Below are positions 34,557 to 44,304 of a stretch of DNA of 45,532 nucleotides, in pieces (the first letter of the stretch is position 1; each line of letters starts with the position of its first letter). The notes beneath the pieces are model-generated. The model searched no databases, had not been told where the DNA came from, and worked only from the letters and a program-made list of their open reading frames with translations. This DNA comes from Myxococcota bacterium (GTDB lineage: Bacteria > Myxococcota > UBA4151): positions 1-45,532 of the forward strand of contig JBDQPD010000014.1 of the NCBI GenBank assembly GCA_040260805.1, given 5' to 3'. A program made the translations under genes and the position numbers.

Positions 34557-37500
34557 CCACGCCACATCACCGAAGGGCGAGCCGGCGCAGCCACAAGCGG
34601 TCTCATCGACACCCCAGTTTGCTGCTTCGCTCTCTTCTGGCTCAACGACCGAGATCACGACCGTATCGGGGATGCTTAAGGTCTCGCCATCACCCACGAC
34701 GAGATCAAAGATGTAGACGCCCGGATCGAGCGCTTTGAACTCTGGTGTCGCGCCGTCAACATTGAGCAGGTCGATCACCGGGCCACCGGCTTGAGTCCAG
34801 GCATAGGTGGGCGTGTCTTCTTCTAGGACGACCGCTTCGCCCGCCAGGCTAATAACCACCGGCTCACCCGTCACCGCGAGCTCGACGCGCTGATCCTCAC
34901 CAGCGATGGCGATCGGACCGTTGTAACGCACCGTGATCACCACCTCATCCTCAGCGCTGCGGTCGCCGCTGGCGTTGACCGTCAGCTTGAAGGTGTAATC
35001 GCCGGGGTAGAGGACTTCAACCGTAGCGATCTCCAGGCTGGTGTCGTCAATAGTGACCTCTTGGGGGCCTTCAACGAAGCTCCAGACGTAGGTTAGCCCT
35101 TGAGCTAGCGGGTCAAGACTACCGCTGCCATCTAGCTCGATACGGCCTGGGTCCACCGTGCGATCTAAGCCGGCGTTAGCGATCGGATCAATGTCCGGAT
35201 TCTCTTGAACTTCGATGATCCACTCATGGAGCACCATGTCCTCGCCATCGCTGACTTCCACTTGAACCAAGATCGCCTGACCGACTGATTCAAGCGATGG
35301 AACCCACGTCACCAAGCCCGTATCGCTGACGACTTCCATGCCGCCTGGACCGGTCTTGAGATCAAACTCAATCACGTCATCTTCATCCGGATCGTTCGCT
35401 CGGATGCGATACTCGTAAGCGATCTCTGCCACTGCGACCGTGATCGGCTCTGAGGTGATAACCGGAGGATTGTTGGCGAACTCATCGATGACCTCTAGCG
35501 TAAAGGTCTGAAGGTCGGTTCCGCCGCGCCCATCGCTCACTTGAACGACCACGGGGTTAGGCCCCAGATCGTCTTCGGTGGGCGTCCAGGTGATCTCACC
35601 CGTGCTCGCATCGATGTTCATTTGAGCGGGGCTTGCCGCCGCCAAAGTAAACACCAAATTATCGCCATCGGGATCTTGAGCGTTTGCGGTATAAAGGTAC
35701 TCTTCGCCGACCTGAGCCGTTCCGACAGGTGTGGAAGTAAAGACAGGACGGTTGTTGGCGCCTGGCTCTTCGACCACGACATTCCAGCGCAGTTCAGCTT
35801 CGGCGCCACGATCATCCGTTGCGATCAACTGGAACGAGAACGCGCCTTCGCTATCCGGAGTCCAGCGCAGCTGATTACAGCGACCATCCGAACAGTCTGC
35901 AGACGGCGGACCGGCTACAAGCTGAACGCTGACCGGGTCTCCGTCTTCATCGGTGACCCGGGGCTCAAAGACGTACTCTTCACCCACAACCGCTTGGGTT
36001 TCAGGCTCATTACCAAACTCGGGCGGCGTGTTGGCTTCGACCTCAACTAGAACCAGAGTCTCGCGTCGGTCGAACAAACCGCCGTCATCGGTGACCCGCA
36101 CGACAAAGCTGAGCGTCTCGCCTACCTGAGCGAGCGCTGGTGTCCAGCGGACCACGCCCGAGTCCGAGTCGATGGTCAGCCCTGGCGGGCCGCTCTCAAG
36201 CGACCACTCGAGCTGATCATTATCCACGTCGCTGGCTTCGAAATCAAAGGTGTACAAGACACCTGCGCTGGCACGATCAGGCGCCGCATTTCGAATTTCA
36301 GGTGCGCTGTTGGACGCCGGAACCTCAACACCCACCTGGAAGCTCTGCTCATCAAAGCTCCCCAAGGTGTCTTCGACTCGAACCACAACCAGCCAGCTTT
36401 GGTCACCTTGCTCTTCGTTAGGGATCCAAGTGATTAGCCCGGTGGTTGCGTTGATGCTCATCCCAGCCAACGTGCGGCCAACCAGGCGATACGTCAGCGG
36501 CTGTCCGATGTCTTCGTCTTCAGCGTCGACATCGTAGGTGTAACCCTGACCGACAGACGCTTCAATTACAGGCTCGGAGGAGATCTCTGGTGCTCGATTC
36601 GGAACGCCAACTTGCCAGGTGAGTTGGTCAGTTCCACCGCGACCATCAGCGACCTCAACCGCGAACTCATAAGACTCGCCTAGATCGCCGAGGTTCGGAC
36701 TCCAAGACAGGGAACCCGCGCTGGTTAGACGGGTACCTTCTGGAGCATTAACCAGGCGCCAAGTGAGCGCATCACCATCGGCGTCGGTTGCGTTGAGTGT
36801 GGTCGTGTAATCATCGCCGAGGAAGACTTGAGTAGCCGGCGCTGAGGTGATGTTTGGATCGTTGTTGCCGCCGGCTTGAGGGGACACCTCAACCGTCCAG
36901 CGCTGTCGATCGTTCGCGTTGCCATCAGAAGCCTCGATCTGGAACACCACCTCGCGGTTTTCAAAGACCGGCGAAGGCTGCCAGCTCACCGCTCCCGTTT
37001 CGGCGTTGATTCGAGCACCTGCTGGACCCTCGAGTAAGCGCCAGGTCAGCTCGTCGCCATCAGCATCGGTAGCGACCGGCCCATAGGCGTAAGCAGCCAA
37101 GACACGCGCCGAAGTGGGCGGCGAGCTGGTGATGACCGGCGCCTCGTTTTCGAGTTCACCTTCTTCAACCACGATGTCCCATTGTTGGCGATTAACGCCG
37201 CCACGGCCATCACGGACCTCGATCGCAAAGGATTGCGTTCCCAGGTCTTCAGCCACAGGCGTCCAGGTCAAAACGCCGGTCGTCGCGTTCATGAACGCGC
37301 CTGCGGGTCCGGCCGTCATCACCCAGGCGAGGTCATCTCCATCCGCATCAGTCGCTTGAGCCGAATAGGTGTATTGCTCACCGATGATGCCAATTTCAGT
37401 TGGCGTCGAGGTGATTTGAGGCGTGCGATTAGCCAAGCTCCCGTCGGTGATCTGGATCGAAAAGCTTTGCGTATTCGCCAGCTCATTTTCATCCACCGCA

Positions 37501-40500
37501 GCGATCACGCAGCTCACGGTGCTGCCAATCAACGACTCAGATGGCGTGTACAGCAGCTGCCCTGTGACCGCGTTGATCGTGATGCCTGGAGCGCAGTTAT
37601 CTTCCAGCACAAAATATCGAACGGCGTCACCGTCGGGGTCGGTGGCGCTGGCTTCATAGACCAACTGCTCACCTGCGGTCGCTTGATTAGGCGGCGTGCT
37701 CGTAAAGGCGGGAGGGCGATTCGCCTGACCTGCATCGACGCTCACTTCATAAACCTGCGCGGCAAAAGACGTCCCGTCGGTCACCAAAAGAGTGACTTGG
37801 AACCGACCGGCTTCGCCCGGCGTCCAGGTGATCTCACCCGTCGTCGCGTTGAGCTCCATACCAGCCGGCGATGGGTCATCTTCCGAGAAGAACCAGAAGA
37901 GCGGGTCACCGTCTTCATCAGACGCCTCGGCGTCATAAGTGTACTGCTCACCAACGCTCGCCTGGGTTTGAGGCTGAGAGGTAATAACCGGTGGGTTGTT
38001 CACCGGCGGAGGCGGATCGCCCGAGACTTGGACATTCCAATTCTGTCGAGCTTCGCCGCCGCTCGGGTCCGTGACCACAAGACGGAACGCATGCTCTTGA
38101 CCACCCTGACCTTCAGTCGGAGTCCAGGTGATGTTTCCGCCGGCGGTGATCGAGGCTCCAGCAGGCGCAGCCTCTAGCGTGTACGTCAGCTCGCCTTGCT
38201 CTAAGTCAAAAGCTTGCGCTTGGTACTGGTACACCACACCCGGAGAGCCATTCAGCCCTGGGCTACTGGTGATGATCGGTGGCTGATTGGGCTCACCGTC
38301 GGTGACGCTGACAATCCAGGATTGACTGCTAACGCCTCCGTTGCCGTCGCTGACTCGAATCTCGAACTCGAAGTCTTGCCCTGCGCTGCCCTGCGGCACC
38401 AACCAGATCACGCCGTTGATCGGACCCCGGCTCTGAATTCGAGCCCCTGGAGGCCCGGTCACGAGGGTGTAGGTCAACTCGTCACCGTCAGCGTCCGCAG
38501 CGGTGATGTTGTAGATGTACGGGCTCACCTGCGTGGCGCTGGTGGCTGGTTGTGAGCTGATCACCGGCGCTCGGTTTTCAACTTCACCCGCCACTTGGAT
38601 GCTGATCTGCTGCAAATCGGCGTTGTCAGCCGGGTCCACGACCCCGATCACGCAGGTCACTAAACTCCCTGCGTCGGTCAAAGACGGCGTCCAGGTAAAG
38701 CGCCCGGTCAAGACGTTGATCGACGCCCCATCAGGACAACGGTCTCCATCGGTGAAGAACCTCAGCGTTTCACCCTCAGGGTCGGTGGCGATCACTTGAT
38801 AAACATATTGCTCTTGAACCTGGGCGTTAGCTGGCGCCGAAGAGGTAATCTGCGGCGCTTCATTCGCAGGAACGCCAACGCCGACCTGGAAGGCCTGGAC
38901 ATCAAAGAGACCGCCTGGATCAATCACAGCGACGACCACTCGATGGCTGATACCCGCCTGGTCTTGCGACGGTGTCCAAGTGATCACCCCGGTCTCAGGG
39001 TCCATCACCATACCGGCTGGTGGGTTCTCATCTTGCGGCAGTAAGTACACCAGCTCGTCACCGTCAGGATCGTTGGCGGTGACTTGGTATTGATAAGGAA
39101 CTCCAACGGTCGCTGCGGTGACTGGGCTCGAGGTAATCGACGGCGCACGGTTGCCCACGTTCGGGCTGACGCGCACGACCCAAGCCTGCTCGGTGATCCC
39201 GCCGTTTCCGTCGGTGGCTCGAAGCCTAAAGTTCAGCTCTTGATCCCCTTGCGCTTCGCTCGGCACCCAAGAGACCACTCCGCCCGTCAAGCGCGCTCCA
39301 GCGGGGGCTTCGGTTAGAACAAAGTTGATCGTGTCACCGTCTGCGTCGGTGGCGACCGGCGTATAGGCATAGTTCTGCCCGACCGTCGCTTGACCGGAAG
39401 CCTGACTGGTGATCACCGGGTCATTGTTTTGGGCGAGCTCATCGACCGAGATCTGCACAACCTGCTCGACCGTTGCGCCCTCCGAGTCTCGAATCTCAAG
39501 CACCAACTCAAAGCTCTCGCCTGCTTGGCCTTCGCTTGGCGTCCAGGTCACAACCCCTTCTGGGGTCGCCTGCAGCCCGGCTGGGCCACTGACCAAGCGG
39601 AACGTGACCGCATGCCCGTCGGGGTCAACCCACGTCGCGGCGTAGCGATATTCTTCGCCAACGGCAGCGCGATTGGGCGGCGACGAGGTAAAGATCGGAT
39701 CATTGTTCTGAGGCGCAGCTTCGGAAACAGTGACCAGCCAAATCTGTTCTGCGCTTCCCCCGTCTCCATCGGTCACGGTGACGCGGAAACTCTGCTGACC
39801 CACCTGCGCAAGCGTCGGCGTCCAGGTCAGCGTCATGTCATCTTGGAGCGCGCCCGCCGGCATCGTCTGCACGTTGAGCGTCAGCTCGTTGGCGTCGGCG
39901 TCAGCGGCGGTCACCGTGTAGGTGTAAAGCTGCCCAACCGTCGCCGTCGTTGACGGCGACGAGGTGATCACGGGATCGCTGTTCGGAGGCGCCTCTTCGC
40001 TCACCGTGACCGAGAAATCCTGCACCGTTTCGGCACCGTTTGAATCGGTCGCTGTGACTCTAAAGCCGACGATCTGACCAATCTGTGCTGGCGCAGGCGT
40101 CCACGACACGCGCCCTTGATTGTCCATCGAGGAGCCCTCGGGCGAGCGAAGGGGATCGAGCGCGTACGTGACGGTGTCGCCGTCAGGGTCACTCGCCACC
40201 ACCACGTAGATGTACTCGACGCCCGCAAAGGCTTCGCTGGCTGGGCTCGAGGTCATGATCGGCGCTCGGTTCACGTCTTCAGAGACCGAAACCGTCCAGA
40301 TCTGCGAAGTCCGTAAACCGCCGCCATCTTCGACTTCGAGCGTGAAGTTTTGTTGAGTCCCTAGCTGTGCGATCGATGGCGACCATTGAACCACGCCCGA
40401 GCCTGGATTCACAAAGGCGCCGTCGGGCGCTGCGCTCAAGAAATAGGTGACGTTGGTCCCTTCAGGGTCCGTAGCGTTAGCGTCATAAACATAGGCGCCC

Positions 40501-42125
40501 CCAACGACCGCATTGAGCGGTGGCTGAGTCGTGAAGACCGGCGGCTCGTTTTGCGGTGGTGGCTCGTTTTGAACCGCAATGGACATGGACTGGGCAGTGA
40601 TCGCGCCTTCCGAGTCACTGACCCGAATAATGCAGGTGATCTGATCACCCAAATCGCCGTTATTCGGCGTGAAGGTGAACCGACCGCTGGAGCGGTCAAT
40701 GTTCGCGCCACCAGGACAGCGAAACAGCGCGTAGGTCAGCGTCTGTCCATCCGGGTCGCTGGCGACTACTTGATACACAAGCTGCTGCCCAACGACCGCT
40801 ACAGTCGGTGGTGTCGAGGTGATAATCGGGGGATTGTTGACCGGCGGCGCATCGTCGACACCCACCTCCCAATCCTGAATCGTCAGGCCGCCTTCACCGT
40901 CATCGACAATCACTGAAAACCCGACGATTTCACCGGAGTCGCCTTGGTCAGGGGTCCAGGTCACAACGCCCGTTGCCTGATTGATCTCAGCGCCGGGCGG
41001 GTTGTTGTTTCGACCACGAAAGCGAAACCGAAGCGTGTCGCCATCAGGGTCCGTCGCTTCCATATCGTAAACGTACTGAACACCACTCGATGCCGCATTT
41101 GGTGCGGTGCTGGTAATCACCGGCGGCTGATTGATCCGGCTTACCGTGATCGTGACCACCTCTTGATCGCTTCGAGTTGGGTTGCCGTCGTCTTCGGCTG
41201 TGAAGGTGACGATGTGCTCGCCTTCTTGTCCGTCGACCGGTTGCCAACGGAATAGACCCGTCTGATCGTTGAATGTTGCGCCTGCAGGGAGGTTTGCGAC
41301 CCCAAGGCTGACCACGTCACCCTCGTCTTGATCGGAGGCCTCAACAGTGAACTGAAGCACGGCGCCGATGCTGACGACTTTGTCGCCAATCGGTTCGATC
41401 TCCGGCGCGTAAGCCAGCGGCTCCCACCAGAACCGAACCGCATAGTTGGTGATATCAGCGTCGAGATCGCTGCCGTCGCCATAATAAAACGACAGCCCGA
41501 AGTTCTCTTCGGGCGATTCCACACCCATGCTCAAGTTCTCGGTCGGCAGATCGATACGCAGCAGCTCATGGAGGAAGGTGATCTCACCATCAGGCGTCAA
41601 ACGAAGGGCGACCGAGCCGAGCTCCGAGCCCGAATAATATGGCGCTCGCCAAACGACGACATATTCTTGAGGTGATTTGTACACCCAAACACCGCAGTTG
41701 TTCCGACCACAGTCATTGTCAGCAGGGTTCCAGTCCGTCCACGCCGGCGCGATCACCCCAGCGGGGTCATTGTTGTCCGGGAGGCGCATCCCACCGTATT
41801 CGCGCTCTGGGTTCCGACCGCCGTCGCCAAAGAAAATGAAGCCGTTCGTGGTGATCGATACCGAGGTTCGCTCGATGCCGTAATACGTGAAGGGAAAAGG
41901 TAAGTCGGTGACTTCGTCGGGGTTGCCGGGGTTGTCGGTTAGCAGCTGATCATCTTGGGTCATGACCCGAGCACCAGCAGTCCATCGCTCCTGCCACGTG
42001 AACTCCGGGCCGTCGATCTCGTCAGAATCAACCCATCGATATCCGTAGCCGTCCGGACCGCCCGTCGCCGCTAAAGAAGGAGCCGCAACAAGCGATAGGG
42101 AAACCAACATTAGCCACCGAAACAT
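34509..42125 (-). CDS. Giant surface protein (2538 aa): N-terminal nidogen/NIDO-like domain, about 22 Ig/cadherin-like repeats, two PKD-like domains, MYXO-CTERM-like anchor
   Basis: AGGAG RBS and signal peptide. LPFPFTYYG...ITTNGFIFFG...IAPAWTD. Repeats of N.PP.ITS.P...A.DPDGD.L.Y...G..TWTP...V.DG.GG. PKD-like PIANAGLD and PIAIAGED. Ends CGC...LLFALPALRRRRR. Confidence 0.9.
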   Translation of the reverse strand: MFRWLMLVSLSLVAAPSLAATGGPDGYGYRWVDSDEIDGPEFTWQERWTAGARVMTQDDQLLTDNPGNPDEVTDLPFPFTYYGIERTSVSITTNGFIFFGDGGRNPEREYGGMRLPDNNDPAGVIAPAWTDWNPADNDCGRNNCGVWVYKSPQEYVVVWRAPYYSGSELGSVALRLTPDGEITFLHELLRIDLPTENLSMGVESPEENFGLSFYYGDGSDLDADITNYAVRFWWEPLAYAPEIEPIGDKVVSIGAVLQFTVEASDQDEGDVVSLGVANLPAGATFNDQTGLFRWQPVDGQEGEHIVTFTAEDDGNPTRSDQEVVTITVSRINQPPVITSTAPNAASSGVQYVYDMEATDPDGDTLRFRFRGRNNNPPGAEINQATGVVTWTPDQGDSGEIVGFSVIVDDGEGGLTIQDWEVGVDDAPPVNNPPIITSTPPTVAVVGQQLVYQVVASDPDGQTLTYALFRCPGGANIDRSSGRFTFTPNNGDLGDQITCIIRVSDSEGAITAQSMSIAVQNEPPPQNEPPVFTTQPPLNAVVGGAYVYDANATDPEGTNVTYFLSAAPDGAFVNPGSGVVQWSPSIAQLGTQQNFTLEVEDGGGLRTSQIWTVSVSEDVNRAPIMTSSPASEAFAGVEYIYVVVASDPDGDTVTYALDPLRSPEGSSMDNQGRVSWTPAPAQIGQIVGFRVTATDSNGAETVQDFSVTVSEEAPPNSDPVITSSPSTTATVGQLYTYTVTAADADANELTLNVQTMPAGALQDDMTLTWTPTLAQVGQQSFRVTVTDGDGGSAEQIWLVTVSEAAPQNNDPIFTSSPPNRAAVGEEYRYAATWVDPDGHAVTFRLVSGPAGLQATPEGVVTWTPSEGQAGESFELVLEIRDSEGATVEQVVQISVDELAQNNDPVITSQASGQATVGQNYAYTPVATDADGDTINFVLTEAPAGARLTGGVVSWVPSEAQGDQELNFRLRATDGNGGITEQAWVVRVSPNVGNRAPSITSSPVTAATVGVPYQYQVTANDPDGDELVYLLPQDENPPAGMVMDPETGVITWTPSQDQAGISHRVVVAVIDPGGLFDVQAFQVGVGVPANEAPQITSSAPANAQVQEQYVYQVIATDPEGETLRFFTDGDRCPDGASINVLTGRFTWTPSLTDAGSLVTCVIGVVDPADNADLQQISIQVAGEVENRAPVISSQPATSATQVSPYIYNITAADADGDELTYTLVTGPPGARIQSRGPINGVIWLVPQGSAGQDFEFEIRVSDGNGGVSSQSWIVSVTDGEPNQPPIITSSPGLNGSPGVVYQYQAQAFDLEQGELTYTLEAAPAGASITAGGNITWTPTEGQGGQEHAFRLVVTDPSGGEARQNWNVQVSGDPPPPVNNPPVITSQPQTQASVGEQYTYDAEASDEDGDPLFWFFSEDDPSPAGMELNATTGEITWTPGEAGRFQVTLLVTDGTSFAAQVYEVSVDAGQANRPPAFTSTPPNQATAGEQLVYEASATDPDGDAVRYFVLEDNCAPGITINAVTGQLLYTPSESLIGSTVSCVIAAVDENELANTQSFSIQITDGSLANRTPQITSTPTEIGIIGEQYTYSAQATDADGDDLAWVMTAGPAGAFMNATTGVLTWTPVAEDLGTQSFAIEVRDGRGGVNRQQWDIVVEEGELENEAPVITSSPPTSARVLAAYAYGPVATDADGDELTWRLLEGPAGARINAETGAVSWQPSPVFENREVVFQIEASDGNANDRQRWTVEVSPQAGGNNDPNITSAPATQVFLGDDYTTTLNATDADGDALTWRLVNAPEGTRLTSAGSLSWSPNLGDLGESYEFAVEVADGRGGTDQLTWQVGVPNRAPEISSEPVIEASVGQGYTYDVDAEDEDIGQPLTYRLVGRTLAGMSINATTGLITWIPNEEQGDQSWLVVVRVEDTLGSFDEQSFQVGVEVPASNSAPEIRNAAPDRASAGVLYTFDFEASDVDNDQLEWSLESGPPGLTIDSDSGVVRWTPALAQVGETLSFVVRVTDDGGLFDRRETLVLVEVEANTPPEFGNEPETQAVVGEEYVFEPRVTDEDGDPVSVQLVAGPPSADCSDGRCNQLRWTPDSEGAFSFQLIATDDRGAEAELRWNVVVEEPGANNRPVFTSTPVGTAQVGEEYLYTANAQDPDGDNLVFTLAAASPAQMNIDASTGEITWTPTEDDLGPNPVVVQVSDGRGGTDLQTFTLEVIDEFANNPPVITSEPITVAVAEIAYEYRIRANDPDEDDVIEFDLKTGPGGMEVVSDTGLVTWVPSLESVGQAILVQVEVSDGEDMVLHEWIIEVQENPDIDPIANAGLDRTVDPGRIELDGSGSLDPLAQGLTYVWSFVEGPQEVTIDDTSLEIATVEVLYPGDYTFKLTVNASGDRSAEDEVVITVRYNGPIAIAGEDQRVELAVTGEPVVISLAGEAVVLEEDTPTYAWTQAGGPVIDLLNVDGATPEFKALDPGVYIFDLVVGDGETLSIPDTVVISVVEPEESEAANWGVDETACGCAGSPFGDVAWLLFALPALRRRRRIN

Positions 42126-42213
42126 AAACGACTCCTAAAACACCGCACTCTTGATAACTGATCGTACCTTATTTTGCTGCATCGCGCTCGCGAGCGTCGA
42201 AGTCCCTAGAGCG

Positions 42214-42636
42214 TCACTCGCCGTCTTTGGGTTTACCCAAGACCTCTTCGCGAGACTCACCCGCCTTAAGGCGATCCAGCGCGTCACTCGGATCAAAGCT
42301 GCCATCGCTTGGAATCGACTCGCCGGTTTCGGCGCGCCTCAGCAGCTCGTTATCGACCCAAGACTCGTACATTCCAGCGTCGTATTTCGGGGACGGCTCA
42401 CGGCCTGCATCCAGAGCAACCTTAGGTTTTTTCTTCTCTTTTTGCCGTTTTCGTGCCGCTTTTTCGATGCTCGCTTTGAGCGCCTCGAGTTCGTCGGTGC
42501 TCGGCTCTCTCGCTTCGAAGTCGCTGACCCGAAAATCTGCGGGGATCTGACGGTATTCGGGTCCCGAGCGCATGATGGCTAGCCAGAGCCCCACGACCGC
42601 TAGGACGACCGCGGCCAGGGCCAGGCGCCAGCTCAC
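42214..42636 (-). CDS. Hypothetical single-pass membrane or secreted protein
   Basis: Hydrophobic N-terminal helix and a charged remainder. GTG start overlaps the Hsp70 stop. Confidence 0.6.
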   Translation of the reverse strand: MSWRLALAAVVLAVVGLWLAIMRSGPEYRQIPADFRVSDFEAREPSTDELEALKASIEKAARKRQKEKKKPKVALDAGREPSPKYDAGMYESWVDNELLRRAETGESIPSDGSFDPSDALDRLKAGESREEVLGKPKDGE

Positions 42637-44162
42637 TAGACGAAGGCCGCTTCGGAGATCCGCAAGCTGTGACGAACCGCCTTTTGCGTCTCAAGGTCTC
42701 GAGCGTGCAGGCTCAAGATACCATCGACGCTCAAATCAAAGGTGGTCTCGACCCTCACGTGACCTGCTTTGCCGGGTCGGAGGCCATCAAAGACGTGTTC
42801 GCCCAGAAACTGGTTCTCAGCAGCCTGGGTGTGGTCCCCTTGGAAAATCCGCATGACCAACTCTTTTTGACCATCATAACTCGTCGTAAAGGTAAGCCTT
42901 CGGCTGTTCGGTGTCGGCGCATTTTTCGAAAAGATGCGGAACATCTTCCCGTTCGCCCCTTCGATACCGATCGCCATCGGGATGACATCGAGCAAGGTCA
43001 CGTCGCTTTGCGCTGATCCACCTTCGGTCTGCAAAGCAGAGGCAAAGATCGCAGCACCAAGCGCCACCGCCTCGTCCGGATGCACTCCCTTTGAGGGCGG
43101 CTTTCCAAAGAACACTTCGCACGCAGCGGCCACCGCCGGCATGCGGCTCTGGCCACCCACCAAAAGAACCTCATCGATTTGGTCCGGTTTGAGCTCAGCG
43201 GCTTCGAGCACGCCCGAGCAGACTTCGATCGTGCGACCCACCAGATCTTTGGTGAGCTCTTCAAAGCGCTCACGTGTGATCACCATGTTGATGTCGAGGG
43301 GATCACCGGCCTCGCTAAAGGCGACAAAAGGTACAGAGATCTGAACCTCTGTCCGGTCACTCAAGTCGACCTTGCACTGCTCAGCGATATCTCGGAGACG
43401 CTGTAGGGTCGCCGGCTCGCCGGTCAAATCGACGCCGTGTTCACCGTGGAATGTGGTCAGAATTTCGTTGAGGATAATCTGGTCAAAGTTGATCCCACCG
43501 AGGAACAAATCACCGTCGGTCGCGACCACCTCAAAGACGTTGTCACGAATCTCGATGACCGAAACATCAAAGGTGCCACCGCCTAAATCAAAGACCACCA
43601 CCCGCTCGGACAACTGGCGACCGTAACCGTATGCTAGCGCAGCGGCGGTCGGCTCGTTGATGATCCGGTTGATCTCCATGCCCACTTGATGGCCAGCAGC
43701 TTTCACGCTCTGGCGCTGCAGGTCGTCATAGTAAGCCGGAACGGTCACGACCGCTTCGGTGACCTTTTGCTGAAGATGCTCTTCTGCGAGATCTCGAATA
43801 GAGCCTAGGAGCTTTGCCGAGATGTCAGCGAGGGTGAATTGCTTGTTCTGCAACACCACCTCGACGGCACCGCCTGTCCCCTCGACAAGCTCATAGGTGA
43901 AATACTTCCGGAGGCTCTCAATGAAGCCCTCGTCAAACTGCCGACCGATCAGGCGTTTGGCGCCGTACACCGTGTTGTGCGGATTGAGCTGCCACTGTCG
44001 GCGAGCCTCAAAGCCAACCACCTCACGACCCTTGTCGTCGATAGCGAAGATTGAAGGCAACGTGTGGCTGCCGCCGGCGGCACGAACTAGCCGTGGTCGA
44101 CCGTCATGATCGACATACGCCGCAGCGCTGTTGGTCGTACCGAGATCAATACCGATGATCAT
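42636..44162 (-). CDS. Hsp70-family protein (DnaK-like paralog lacking the C-terminal lid)
   Basis: IIGIDLGTTNS, AVVTVPAYY, IINEPTAAALAYG, FDLGGGTFDVS, LLVGGQSRMP, PDEAVALGAA, linker VTLLDVIP. Ends shortly after SBD-beta. Confidence 0.93.
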   Translation of the reverse strand: MIIGIDLGTTNSAAAYVDHDGRPRLVRAAGGSHTLPSIFAIDDKGREVVGFEARRQWQLNPHNTVYGAKRLIGRQFDEGFIESLRKYFTYELVEGTGGAVEVVLQNKQFTLADISAKLLGSIRDLAEEHLQQKVTEAVVTVPAYYDDLQRQSVKAAGHQVGMEINRIINEPTAAALAYGYGRQLSERVVVFDLGGGTFDVSVIEIRDNVFEVVATDGDLFLGGINFDQIILNEILTTFHGEHGVDLTGEPATLQRLRDIAEQCKVDLSDRTEVQISVPFVAFSEAGDPLDINMVITRERFEELTKDLVGRTIEVCSGVLEAAELKPDQIDEVLLVGGQSRMPAVAAACEVFFGKPPSKGVHPDEAVALGAAIFASALQTEGGSAQSDVTLLDVIPMAIGIEGANGKMFRIFSKNAPTPNSRRLTFTTSYDGQKELVMRIFQGDHTQAAENQFLGEHVFDGLRPGKAGHVRVETTFDLSVDGILSLHARDLETQKAVRHSLRISEAAFV

Positions 44163-44304
44163 GCCCTGGCCGTTTTCCTTCTCTCATCTGCGTCCAAGTA
44201 AACCGCGAGCGCGACCTTGGGGCAAGATTTCTGCCGTTTCCTTGACGGGTTTAGTGCTCTTACCCATTGTACCGCCAGGTGCCAACATGACACCAGGAGT
44301 CAGG

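Noticed and set aside
37182..38177. 331-aa plus-strand ORF and other antisense ORFs inside the giant adhesin
   Set aside because: Shadow frames of a GC-rich coding strand, with Arg-rich non-protein-like composition and no motifs.
34509..42125. CRISPR array or DNA tandem repeat (recurring gtccaggtga / gtgatcaccgg strings)
   Set aside because: The recurrences are codons for the TWTP and PVITS motifs of diverged protein repeats about 290 bp apart; there is no repeat-spacer structure.
42669..44109. Several ORFs antisense to Hsp70
   Set aside because: Open antisense frames are a known artefact of hsp70 genes, and here they are fragmented.
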